From positions 544,001 through 608,000 of the forward strand of contig CAWCKJ010000004.1 of the NCBI GenBank assembly GCA_963796105.1: a stretch of 64,000 bases of DNA, written 5' to 3'. The stretch comes from a candidate division FCPU426 bacterium. GTDB lineage: Bacteria > Oederibacteriota > Muellerivitia > Muellerivitales > Muellerivitaceae. The translations under genes and the position numbers were made by a program. How positions within the stretch are numbered: the stretch's first letter is position 1; each line of letters starts with the position of its first letter. This document shows positions 18,829 through 28,472 of this stretch, one piece after another. Below the pieces are notes generated by a model. It made no database searches and was not told where the DNA came from. It was given only the letters and a program-made list of their open reading frames with translations.

Positions 18829-20910
18829 TTGTTGAAAATCTCCTCAAGTTTGGGCCCTTTAAACCTTTTTATCCTTTATTTGCTCTTGCTGGTGACTTAC
18901 GGAATTTGGCTCGCTCACGGGCTTCCGTTCCATATCGATACCCTCGTTTACGACTACCCAGAGCGGTCCTTAAATCTGCAAAACCTCCAGGAGGGCTGGA
19001 TTCCCTTATGGAATCCTTATATTTCCTGCGGCATACCGCATCTGGCCAATTGGCAATCCGCTGTCTTTTATCCCCCCTATTGGCTCCTGCGCTTTACGGG
19101 AGTTCAACAAGGCTTGGTCTGGATCGCCCTCCTTCATTGCGCCTGGGCTTACGCCGGTTTTTACCTCTGGGCCCGCTCCCAAAAAGTTTCAACCTGGGTC
19201 AGCGCCTTGGGCGCGCTCTCTTTCGCGGGGTCGGCCCATCTCACTCTTTGCTGGGTCAATCTTCACTTCATCTCGACCGCGATCTGGATACCCTGGGCTT
19301 TTTACTCCATCCACCTGGTCCTTCGTGAGAAACAATGGCGGTGGATGTTGGCGGCGGCCGGAGTCATCAGCTTCCAATTGTTGGCGGGATATCCCCTATT
19401 TGTTTTCTATACCTGGCTGTCCCTCACGGTTTGGCTGGCGTTTCAAAAAATTCACTTCCAGGATTGGGTTCGGATCAAACTGGTCTTTGTCATTGCGTTG
19501 GCCTTTACCTCCTTCCAATGGCTTCCATTCCTGGAATTCCTGACTTACGCCAAAAGAGGGGGCTGGGACCTTTATCCCTACTACACCCATGGCCGGGAAT
19601 TCCTGACGCTTCTTCAACCGCGCCTCCTGGGATTTCCCGGTTCCAACTCCTACCAAGCCAACCCCGCCAATTCCATCTATGGTGATCTCTATTTCGGGCT
19701 GATTCCCCTTATGCTCTGGGCCGCCAGCCTCATCTGGAAAAGAAAGGGGTTTTCTCTTTGGGGTTGGTCTGCCCTCGCCGGGTTGGCTTGGCTGGCTGGA
19801 CCTTATTTCCCGCTTCTGGGATTCGTTCCGGCAAAAGCCCTGGAACTTTTGGAGCCTTCCAAGGCCGTGTCGGTCTTTTTGTTCACCGCCTGTACCGCCG
19901 CCTGTCTTTCAGCGGATGGCTTCGTTTCCGGTTTCAAGAAAAGCCCTTTAATCCGGATGGGTTTGGGCCTGGCGGCTCTTCTTTGGGTGGTGGACATGGG
20001 GCGGCTTCCCTTTGAGCTGGTTTTGAAAACGCCGGATTATTTCGGGGATGCAACCATAGGACAAAACGCTCAAAAACTTCGGCAATGGGCGGAGGACAAA
20101 AGGATGCTCGCGATTCAATCCCCGGACCGGTTAACGGCGGGAGGCGGGAAATTAAAGGATGTGCTCGGCGGCGAACTATTGGGCTCCTGTGTAAAAAACT
20201 TCCTTCCCAACACCAATGCGGTTTGGGGTATCCGATCCCCCAGTTCCTACCTCTCGCTCTATACCGACAGCTCCCTCAATCTGGATAAATACGCCGCCAA
20301 GGGTTTTCCATTTCTAGGGGATCTTTTGGATATCGCGGGGGTCCGGTTGTTTCTCCTACCCCAGAGCTTGCCTCGCTCAAAATTCAAGGACCTGGGGTTT
20401 TGGGCCGGAAACACCTTGAGCCTGAATCCCCGCGCGTCCGAGGACATGAGGTGGGTTCCAATGGCTTCGGGATATCCCAGCCGGCCTGAAATCCTGAATA
20501 TCCTGGCCAAACCCAACAGCGGGTGGGAAAAGAAGGTTTACCTTGAAAAAAATAACGACGGAACCAGCGTTCAACTCGAACCGGTCAATCGCGCGGGAAT
20601 TTTCCCCGCGGTGAAGGATTACCAACGCCCTTGCGCTTCCCGGGCTTCTGTGGGCGTACCGGAATGTAATAATGGTTTTTTGGTTTTCAACGAGAGTTTT
20701 GCGCCCGGGTGGCACGCCTGGGTAGATGGAAAACCCACTCCCATCTTGAGAGCCTACGGATTGTTCATGGCGGTTCAGGTGATGAATGGATCACAACAGG
20801 TGGATTTCCGTTTTGAGCCAGTTTCCTTCCGTTTGGGGTTTTTTATTACCTTGGCTACCTATTTTGTTCTATTGTCCTCATTGGGTATCAGGAATTTTTT
20901 AAATGATTAA
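18829..20910 (+). CDS. YfhO-family membrane protein (GT-C glycosyltransferase-like)
   Basis: PLWNPYISCGIPHLAN...FYPP N-terminus, many TM segments, C-terminal ESFAPGWHAWVDGKPTPILRAYG...FRFEP. Confidence 0.8.
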   Translation: MLKISSSLGPLNLFILYLLLLVTYGIWLAHGLPFHIDTLVYDYPERSLNLQNLQEGWIPLWNPYISCGIPHLANWQSAVFYPPYWLLRFTGVQQGLVWIALLHCAWAYAGFYLWARSQKVSTWVSALGALSFAGSAHLTLCWVNLHFISTAIWIPWAFYSIHLVLREKQWRWMLAAAGVISFQLLAGYPLFVFYTWLSLTVWLAFQKIHFQDWVRIKLVFVIALAFTSFQWLPFLEFLTYAKRGGWDLYPYYTHGREFLTLLQPRLLGFPGSNSYQANPANSIYGDLYFGLIPLMLWAASLIWKRKGFSLWGWSALAGLAWLAGPYFPLLGFVPAKALELLEPSKAVSVFLFTACTAACLSADGFVSGFKKSPLIRMGLGLAALLWVVDMGRLPFELVLKTPDYFGDATIGQNAQKLRQWAEDKRMLAIQSPDRLTAGGGKLKDVLGGELLGSCVKNFLPNTNAVWGIRSPSSYLSLYTDSSLNLDKYAAKGFPFLGDLLDIAGVRLFLLPQSLPRSKFKDLGFWAGNTLSLNPRASEDMRWVPMASGYPSRPEILNILAKPNSGWEKKVYLEKNNDGTSVQLEPVNRAGIFPAVKDYQRPCASRASVGVPECNNGFLVFNESFAPGWHAWVDGKPTPILRAYGLFMAVQVMNGSQQVDFRFEPVSFRLGFFITLATYFVLLSSLGIRNFLND

Positions 20911-20918
20911 TTTTAAAT

Positions 20919-21923
20919 TTAAGGTAACTGATCCGGGACGAGGTCCACTTCTTTCAAGGCGGCTTTCAACCCTCCCGCCACATCCTTGGGGACATCCAAG
21001 GCCCAGAAATCCAAGAAGAAAAGCCTGGGGCTTTCCTGAACCAGCCTGTGATGGATGGCCGTCACGGTGATCCGATTCTGGGACAAGGCTTCCATGACAG
21101 GTTCCAACTCATCGGTTGTCAGGACGAATTCCCCGGCCGCGGCCAGAAGTTTCCCCTTTTGTTGAAATTGAATCGTAATGGCCGTACCCATCAAAGGAGG
21201 GATTTCTTCCCCATCCTCCTCAATCGCGTCCGCCCGGGCAAAATGGTATTTCAAAAGCCCGCCATCCTCCTCCCCCGCGCCCAAGCGGGTCTTGACCATA
21301 TCCCAAATCTTTTTTGATGGAGCGCTATTCACTTGCGAGGACGCCGGAAGGGGTTTTCCCTCAGGGGTTGGGGGCGTTACCGTCGGAAGAGGGTTTGAAA
21401 CCTGTGAAACGGGGGTCCCGGTGTGATAAAGGGCTTCCCGGAGCGTTTCCGCCAGTTGGGATCTTGGCCCGTGGGCGGTGAAAGAGAGGCTTTCCAAGGC
21501 CGGGGATTCATGCAAAAGGGGATGGGAGAGGTCCGTCACTTGGAAGCCGTGGCGGATCAGGGTCAGGATGACTTTCGGAACCTCCTGGTCCAGCAACACC
21601 AGGTTACCCACCAAGAGGGTCCCTTTGAGTGGCTTTTTCGAAGTCCCTTTTTCGCCTTCAACCTTGTCCGGTGTGTTTGCCAAAGCCTTTTTGCCGCTGA
21701 TGGGTTTAAAGGAAAACCAGCTGGCGGTGGCCAGGCCTGGGTCCACCGATACGCCTGATACCAGCACATTCAAGTCAGTCCGGGGAATGGAGACCCTCAG
21801 GATTTCCCCCTCCGCCACCCCTGAGCGTCCCAGGATCTTCTCAACCGACTGCCACTCGGAACAAACCCCCGGGGAGGAACAAAGAACCCAGCCGAGAAGG
21901 GTAAACGGGATCCAGTTTTTCAT
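20919..21923 (-). CDS. DUF1259 (LppY/LpqO-like) tandem-domain secreted protein
   Basis: Signal peptide; two repeats of PRTDL/ARAD...G-x-x-VL...VT-x-x-x-H-x-L-x-x-ESP. Confidence 0.75.
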   Translation of the reverse strand: MKNWIPFTLLGWVLCSSPGVCSEWQSVEKILGRSGVAEGEILRVSIPRTDLNVLVSGVSVDPGLATASWFSFKPISGKKALANTPDKVEGEKGTSKKPLKGTLLVGNLVLLDQEVPKVILTLIRHGFQVTDLSHPLLHESPALESLSFTAHGPRSQLAETLREALYHTGTPVSQVSNPLPTVTPPTPEGKPLPASSQVNSAPSKKIWDMVKTRLGAGEEDGGLLKYHFARADAIEEDGEEIPPLMGTAITIQFQQKGKLLAAAGEFVLTTDELEPVMEALSQNRITVTAIHHRLVQESPRLFFLDFWALDVPKDVAGGLKAALKEVDLVPDQLP

Positions 21924-22216
21924 CGAGTCCTCCCGCCAAAATTGACAACTGAATGTAAACTTCGGGTAAAATTTCCCCGGTGTCTTGGCCTGGATACCAA
22001 CTGAAGTATATCCTCCCTCACGGCTGGCGTGCCTTCATTTAAAGAACTTTTTTCTTTTCCATCAGCTCTCTCAGGCTTATGATTTTCAAGAGATTTTGAT
22101 CTTTTCAATTTCAAAAAGGCGGACGCCCATTCCGGCGTCACCCGCCAATCAATCTGGGCCCAAAAGGGTTATGCGGCAGGACCCATCTCAAACCGGCGGA
22201 AAAAGGCCTCTGAGCC

Positions 22217-24005
22217 ATGGAACATAAAAATACAAACACCGGCAAAGGCCCTTATTCCATCGGGAAAATCTGGGGGGAGGCCACTTCCTTCCTCACCCGC
22301 TACCATAAGATCTGGTGGATCGACCTCTCCCTGCTTCTGGGTTTGATCGGCCTGATCTTCGGGATCATGAACGTGGCCGGCGAGTGGACCGGCGTGCACC
22401 GGCCCACCGTGGAGATCGACCTGTCCCCCTGGGCCCTTCCCAAGTACACCTTCTTTTCCCTCTGCCGGGGACTTTTGGCCTACATCATCTCCCTGGTTTT
22501 CACGATCGCCTACGGCTATTGGGCGGCGAAGGACCATGTGGCTGAAAAGGTGCTCATTCCCATGCTGGATATCCTGCAAAGCATTCCGGTCCTGGGTTTC
22601 ATGCCGGGGCTGGTCCTGGCCCTCATGGCCATTTTCCCTGACAGCAACATCGGCCTGGAATTGGCGGCGGTCATCATGATCTTCACGGGCCAGGCCTGGA
22701 ACATGACCTTCAGTTTCTACCAGTCGCTCCGGTCCATCCCGCAGTACCTGCTGGAAGCCGCGGCCGTTTACAAGTTCAACTGGCTCCAGAAATCCCTCAA
22801 GCTGGAGCTTCCCTTCTCGGCCATTGGACTCATCTGGAATAGCATGATGAGCATGGCGGGCGGCTGGTTCTTCCTCACCGTCAGCGAGGCCTTCCAGTTG
22901 GGGGACAAGGATTTCCGCCTCCCCGGCCTGGGTTCCTACATGAGCGTGGCCAACGACAAGGGCGACGGCTGGGCCAAACTTTGGGGCATCATCGCCATGG
23001 TTTTAATGATTGTTTTCCTGGACCAGTTCCTCTGGCGGCCCCTGGTGGTTTGGGGGCAGAAATTCCGGGTGGAGGAAGGGGCCCAGGAGGAAAACATGAA
23101 ATCTTGGTTCCTGGAATTCCTCGAGCGTTCCGAGATCATCCATTTTATCGGGCGCCTGTTCCGGCGCAGACCCAAAACAACCGACGCGGTTCCAGCCCCG
23201 GACAGGCTCCGGGCCGAGCCCGCCATGCCGCCGACTCCGGGGGCTCCCAACAAACTCATGAAAACAGTCTCGGTGTTGGCTTTCACTTCGCTGGTGGGAA
23301 TCATGTTATTCGGCGCTTGGAAAATCATCCTTCTTTTCTCCCAGGTTCACCTGGAGCAATGGAGCCTCATCCTAGGGGAGGCCTCCGCGAGTCTGGGGCG
23401 GGTCCTGACGGCGGTGGGACTTTCCGCGCTTTGGGCGATCCCTATCGGGCTTTGGATCGGGCTTTCCCCCCGTCTCTCCCGCGTGGCCCAGCCCTTCGTG
23501 CAGGTGGCGGCGTCCTTTCCCGCGCCCATGCTTTTTTCCTACGTCATCATCGTCTTGAAATTCATGGGGATCTCCTTGAATTGGGGGAGCCATCGCGCTC
23601 ATGATCCTGGGAGCCCAGTGGTATATTCTTTTTAACGTGGTGGCGGGAGCCATGGCCATCCCCTCGGACCTGTTGGAGGCGGCCCGCATGTACCGCATGA
23701 GGGGATGGGACCTGTTCTGGAAAGTTAAAATGCCGGGCATTTTCCCTTACCTGGTCACTGGCATGGTCACCTCAGCCGGCGGCACTTGGAACGCCAGTAT
23801 CGTGGCGGAGTACGTGACGGACAAGGGGAAAACCTTGACGGCCTACGGCCTGGGTTCCCAGATCAGCATCGCGGCAAGCAAATCAGACCTTCCCATGCTG
23901 GCAGCCAGCGTTGTGGTCATGTCGTTGATGGTGGTGACTTTCAACCGCCTGGTTTGGAAGCGGCTTTACCGTCTGGCGGAGGAGAAGTACTCGCTTAGCA
24001 AGTAA
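22217..24005 (+). pseudogene. NitT/TauT-family ABC transporter permease, split by a +1 frameshift (or a sequencing error)
   Basis: ORFs 22217-23635 and 23601-24005 join into one double-domain permease (LDILQSIPVLGF, WNSMMSMAGGWFFL, ASFPAP, GAQWYILFN, GGTWNASIVAE) if one G is removed from the G5 run at 23583-23587. Confidence 0.85.
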
Positions 24006-24029
24006 CTCCGAAGTTGCGTTAGCAACTTC

Positions 24030-24128
24030 GAATTATTAGTTTTGAATTTTAAGTTTTAAATGTTGGAAAGATTTCCGGTGTTCGGAAATCCTCAATAATT
24101 TAGAATTCAAAATTAATCATTTAAAATT
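24030..24128. repeat. Inverted AT-rich heptamer-type tracts around a small hairpin
   Basis: TTTTGAA/TTTTAAG/TTTTAAA units face TTTAGAA/TTCAAAA/TTTAAAA units around GATTTCCG-GTGTT-CGGAAATC; a similar tract lies at 13612-13647. Confidence 0.6.
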
Positions 24129-24147
24129 TGTTCGCGGGGGGGTTTTT

Positions 24148-25656
24148 ATGGCGGTAAACATCGCGGAAGTCCAGGCCAAGCAGAAACTCATCGAGGTCAA
24201 GAACGTCAGCCAGGAATTCTCTCTCCCCAACGGAAAGTCCCTGAAAGTCCTGGAAAACATCGATTTGTTCGTGAATTCCAGGGAGGTCGTGACCTTCCTG
24301 GGACCATCCGGCTGCGGCAAATCCACGCTCCTTCGCATCCTGGCAGGCTTGATCCCCCCCACGAAGGGCCAGGTCTTCTACCACGACCGCCCCTTGAACG
24401 GCTTGAACACCGGGGTTTCCATCGTATTCCAGAGTTTCGCGCTCTTCCCCTGGATGACCGTCATGGAGAACATCCAGACAGCCCTGAAGTCCCGCGGATT
24501 TCCCGCTGGGGAGATCGACGACCGGGCCCAAAAAGCCGTCCACATGGTGGGTCTGGCCGGATTCGAGGATACCTATCCCCGGGAATTGTCCGGCGGGATG
24601 AAACAGCGCGTCGGCATCGCCCGGGCCTTGTCGGTGGACCCGGAAATCCTCTTCATGGATGAGCCCTTCAGCCACGTGGACGCCCTGACGGCCGAGTCAC
24701 TGAGGGCGGAAGTCATCGACATTTGGGCCGCCCAGGACCGCAACCCCTCCTCCATCCTCATGGTCAGCCACGACATCCCCGAGGTGGTTTACATGGCCGA
24801 CCGGATCGTTCTACTCTCCGCCAACCCGGGAAGGCTCGTGAAAATCGTCGAGAATCCCCTTCCCCGGCCCCGGGATTACCGTTCCCCCGACTTCAACCGC
24901 CTGGTCGAGCAATTGCATGAAATCATCACGGGCCATGAGATTCCCGACGAGCCCCAGATGGAACTCATCCCCAACGTGATGCCCCCGGCCGAGTCCCTTC
25001 CCGACACCATTCCGGGGGAAATCGTGGGCGTTCTGGAATACCTGGACGCCCGCGAAGGCAAGGAGGACGTGTTCCGGATCGCCGCGGAAACCGACAAGGA
25101 ATTCGGCTCCGTCATCAAGGCCGTCAAGGCTGCGGAGCTACTGGATTTCGTGGACACGCCCAAGCGCATGGTGGTGTTGACGCCCGACGGACAGCGTTTC
25201 ATGAAGGCCACGAGCCAGGAGAGGCAGAACATCTGGAAGGAACAGCTCCTGAAACTCAGGCTTTTCAAGCAGGTGAACGACATGCTCTCCAAGCATCCCC
25301 GCATGAAACTGGACGCGGAGCTGGTGCAGGAGGTCATTATTCTCAACCTGCCAGCGGAGAACTACGAGAAAACTTTCGAGACATTCGTGCAATGGGCCAT
25401 GTACGGGAACCTTTTCGCCTATGACGAGGACACCCAGAAGCTTTTCTTCCCCCGCAAACGGCCCTCCAGGTCAAAGCCGAAGGGGGAACCTAAACAGGCC
25501 GTCAACGGAAAAGCTTCCGAGGTCCGGGCGGATGCCCAGCCATCCTCAAGCCAGCCGTTAAACGGGGAGGCTTCAAAAACCGGCGCGCCTCCCGCTCCGG
25601 AAACGGCCGCCGCCGAGACCCCCTCTTCCAGCGAATCCAACCCGCCCATGGCCTGA
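24148..25656 (+). CDS. Nitrate/sulfonate/bicarbonate-type ABC transporter ATP-binding protein with C-terminal AAA-associated domain
   Basis: Walker [10 protein letters not shown], signature LSGGMKQRV, Walker B LFMDEPF; C-terminal [11 protein letters not shown]. Confidence 0.92.
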   Translation: MAVNIAEVQAKQKLIEVKNVSQEFSLPNGKSLKVLENIDLFVNSREVVTFLGPSGCGKSTLLRILAGLIPPTKGQVFYHDRPLNGLNTGVSIVFQSFALFPWMTVMENIQTALKSRGFPAGEIDDRAQKAVHMVGLAGFEDTYPRELSGGMKQRVGIARALSVDPEILFMDEPFSHVDALTAESLRAEVIDIWAAQDRNPSSILMVSHDIPEVVYMADRIVLLSANPGRLVKIVENPLPRPRDYRSPDFNRLVEQLHEIITGHEIPDEPQMELIPNVMPPAESLPDTIPGEIVGVLEYLDAREGKEDVFRIAAETDKEFGSVIKAVKAAELLDFVDTPKRMVVLTPDGQRFMKATSQERQNIWKEQLLKLRLFKQVNDMLSKHPRMKLDAELVQEVIILNLPAENYEKTFETFVQWAMYGNLFAYDEDTQKLFFPRKRPSRSKPKGEPKQAVNGKASEVRADAQPSSSQPLNGEASKTGAPPAPETAAAETPSSSESNPPMA

Positions 25657-25755
25657 GCCGCCGCAAGCGGGCTCTTCCCGCGGTGAAAATCGTTTTTTTT
25701 AACCGTGACGGTGCTAAACTGTCGGCGTTTTCAACCTTCTTTTGAAAGGGGATCT

Positions 25756-26409
25756 ATGGAATTCCTGCACCAAGCCTTGGATTTCTTCCTGCACCTGGAC
25801 AAGCACCTCGCGGAGATCGTCCAAACCTACGGCAGCCTGACTTATGGCATCCTTTTCGGGGTGATTTTCTGCGAGACGGGCCTGGTGGTGACGCCTTTCC
25901 TGCCGGGGGATTCCCTTCTTTTCGCGGCGGGCGCCTTGACGGCGGCGGGAGTCATGCCCCTGCCCGCCTGGGCCGTTTACGTCATGCTGACCTTCGCGGC
26001 GCTTCTGGGGGACAACAGCAACTACTGGATCGGCCGGACTGTTCCGAACCTATTCAACAAGTTCATCAACAAAAAATACCTGGCCCAAACCCATGAGTTC
26101 TACGAAAAACACGGGGTCCTGACGCTCGTCATCGCCCAGTTCGTGCCCATCATCCGCACCTTCGCGCCCTTCGTGGCGGGCATCGGGGACATGACCTACG
26201 GGAAATTCCTGCGTTTCAACTTCTTGGGGGTCTTCCTTTGGACGACGCTATTCACCTGGACGGGATATTTCTTCGGGAACCTGGAATTCGTGAAGGCCAA
26301 CTTTCACTACGTCATCCTGGGCATCATCGTTGTTTCGGTGATCCCCATCTTGATTGAACTGGCCAAGCAATTCCGCGGTAAAACCGAGCGGCCCTCCCGA
26401 AAGAGATAA
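25756..26409 (+). CDS. dedA: DedA/VTT family membrane protein
   Basis: FCETGLVVTPFLPGDSLLFAAG and FVPIIRTFAPFVAG. Confidence 0.92.
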   Translation: MEFLHQALDFFLHLDKHLAEIVQTYGSLTYGILFGVIFCETGLVVTPFLPGDSLLFAAGALTAAGVMPLPAWAVYVMLTFAALLGDNSNYWIGRTVPNLFNKFINKKYLAQTHEFYEKHGVLTLVIAQFVPIIRTFAPFVAGIGDMTYGKFLRFNFLGVFLWTTLFTWTGYFFGNLEFVKANFHYVILGIIVVSVIPILIELAKQFRGKTERPSRKR

Positions 26410-26438
26410 GGTTAAATTCCCAGGGGGTTCTTCCTGAA

Positions 26439-28472
26439 TTACTGGGCCGGGGCCGGCTGGACTTTTTGGACGACCATATCGCTCTCGATCCCATTGACAT
26501 CGACCGCGGTGACCGCGAAATAATAGGTTTTGCCGTTCTTCAACGGCTTTAAAAGCGCCTTCAGGACGGTTTGGGGGGCCTTGGTCAGCCGCCGGAACCC
26601 CGACCCATCATCCGAAACATAAAGGTGATATCCCGCCGCGCCGTCCACGGCGTTCCAGGTCAGTTTCGCGGACCCATCCCCCGGCTCCACCTTGAATTGG
26701 GTGACAATCGAAAGTTTAGCGGGAGGGGCCGGCGTCGGGGTGGGAACGGGTTGTTTCGGAGGGGCGGCAAGCCTCACTTCCAGGGACTGGCTCAAGCCGC
26801 TCTCCGAGCCGTCGGAGCCGACGATCGAAACCGCGAACAGGTACAACTTTCCGGTATTGAGTTTCTTCAGGACGACTTTGGTTTCCGTGACCGCGCGGGC
26901 CGTCAATTTCTGGGGAGGCTTACCTGGATCCCCCAGGAGATAGAGGTTATAACCCGCCGGATTTCCAGTGGTGGGCTTGCTCCATTCCAGTTGAACCCCT
27001 TCCCCCGCCGGGGATGCTTTGAGACCCGAGGGCGGCGTTAGGGCCGCGACAGCCGCGGCGCCCGCCGTGACCGTCAGCTTGGACATGGCGCTTTCCCGTC
27101 CAGCGGCGCTCACCGAGACCACCCCAAAGGCGTATTCCTGGCCGTTCTTGAGGTTCTTGAGTTTGAGGGTGGTTTCCCTGATGGGCCTTGTAGTCAGTCG
27201 GACATAGGCCTGGGTTCCCGGTTTTTTCAGGTAGAGCTGGTACCCCAGCAGGTCCTTTTGCTGGATGGGATTCCAGGAGAGGACGATCTCCCGGTCGAGA
27301 GGCCTGGCCTGCAGACCCGCCGGGGCCGGAAGTCCCGAGGCCCCTTCCGCCCCGAAGCGGAAGATCATGGAGAACCGGTGGGTGCTTCCCAAGGTGCTTA
27401 ACGGCGTGAAGGCGTAGTCAAACTGGAGGAATTTGAGGTTCACCCCCATCCCGGCGGTCGGGTTCTGCTGGTCGCTGTTCCCCGCGAAACCCGCGCGCAA
27501 GGCGAGGGTCTTGTCGTACCAATATTCCGCCCCCACTGCCCCGGAATAGGCCTGGGCCCCGAACTGGTAGGAGTTGTCCAGGGCGAAAAGAAGGGTGTGC
27601 CTGGGGGTCTCCACCACCTTGCAGGCCAATCCCAGCCGCCCCAAGGTGGGCAGGGAGTCCGCCTCCGAGACGAACTTGACCTGCTGTCCCACGTTGAAGA
27701 CGCCCGCGCCGACGCTGAAGCCGCTCCCCGGAGTGAGCAAAACCCCGAAGTCGCCCCCCATGGCCTGGGCGTTGAAGCCCGCGATGTTCCGGAAGATGTA
27801 TTTGCCGGTGACCCCGAAGGAAATCAGGTCCTTGATCCGGAAGGCGAAGGAGGCCGAAAGATCGTTGTCCCCGGCCGAGACTGAGGGGGCAAGGCCGTTG
27901 GTGCTGTCGAAGGGCGGGACCCCCAGGTTGACGAAGCCGATCCCCACGCCGAAGGTGTTCTCGCCCGCGGGGAGGGGCAGCGCGATTCCGCCGAAGTTGT
28001 AGGCGATGTCGCTCAAGTAAAGCATGTGCAGGTAGCCGACCTCAGGGTGCTCCAGGAGGGCCAGGCCCGCCGGGTTCCAGGTCAGCGCGTTGACGTCGTC
28101 GGCCACCGCCGTGAAGGCCCCGCCCATTCCCTGGCTCCTGGCGCCCGCGTCGATCCCCAGGAAATCCGCGCCGCTAGTGAGTTGCTGCGCCTGCGCCCTG
28201 TTCCCCGAATAAAAAATAGGCACTATCACCACAGAGACACATGCCACCCACCTTATAAGATGAAAAGAAGGTGGTATAGTCCCGCATTTCCTAAATAAGT
28301 ACTTGAAAAGATGCGCGGGACAGAGACACAGCAAGCGGCAGATTTTTCTAAAAGGGGAACCGATTGCCCCCTTGGCCTGTTCCCGGATTTTACAATATTT
28401 CGAATTTATATTTTTTTCCTTTTTTTTCACTGTGTCTCTGAGTCCCTGTGGTGAAAAATTTTTTCTGATCAT
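26439..28472 (-). CDS. PorV/PorQ-family outer-membrane protein fused to three fibronectin type III domains
   Basis: FLGIDAGARSQGMGGAFTAVADDVNALTWNPAGLA, LALRAG, FDYAF...LGSTHRFS barrel motifs, then three W...GY-x-LY...Y-x-F-x-V...G-x-ES FN3 repeats; start uncertain (ATG 28472 overlaps the upstream stop). Confidence 0.85.
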   Translation of the reverse strand: MIRKNFSPQGLRDTVKKKEKNINSKYCKIREQAKGAIGSPFRKICRLLCLCPAHLFKYLFRKCGTIPPSFHLIRWVACVSVVIVPIFYSGNRAQAQQLTSGADFLGIDAGARSQGMGGAFTAVADDVNALTWNPAGLALLEHPEVGYLHMLYLSDIAYNFGGIALPLPAGENTFGVGIGFVNLGVPPFDSTNGLAPSVSAGDNDLSASFAFRIKDLISFGVTGKYIFRNIAGFNAQAMGGDFGVLLTPGSGFSVGAGVFNVGQQVKFVSEADSLPTLGRLGLACKVVETPRHTLLFALDNSYQFGAQAYSGAVGAEYWYDKTLALRAGFAGNSDQQNPTAGMGVNLKFLQFDYAFTPLSTLGSTHRFSMIFRFGAEGASGLPAPAGLQARPLDREIVLSWNPIQQKDLLGYQLYLKKPGTQAYVRLTTRPIRETTLKLKNLKNGQEYAFGVVSVSAAGRESAMSKLTVTAGAAAVAALTPPSGLKASPAGEGVQLEWSKPTTGNPAGYNLYLLGDPGKPPQKLTARAVTETKVVLKKLNTGKLYLFAVSIVGSDGSESGLSQSLEVRLAAPPKQPVPTPTPAPPAKLSIVTQFKVEPGDGSAKLTWNAVDGAAGYHLYVSDDGSGFRRLTKAPQTVLKALLKPLKNGKTYYFAVTAVDVNGIESDMVVQKVQPAPAQ
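28226..28454. repeat. Inverted-repeat element built of ACAGAGAC 8-mers with an 81-bp double-hairpin insert
   Basis: Left TCACCACAGAGAC[81 bp, 28239-28319]ACAGAGACACAGC; right CTGTGTCTCTGAGTCCCTGTGGTGA is a near reverse complement. Confidence 0.75.
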
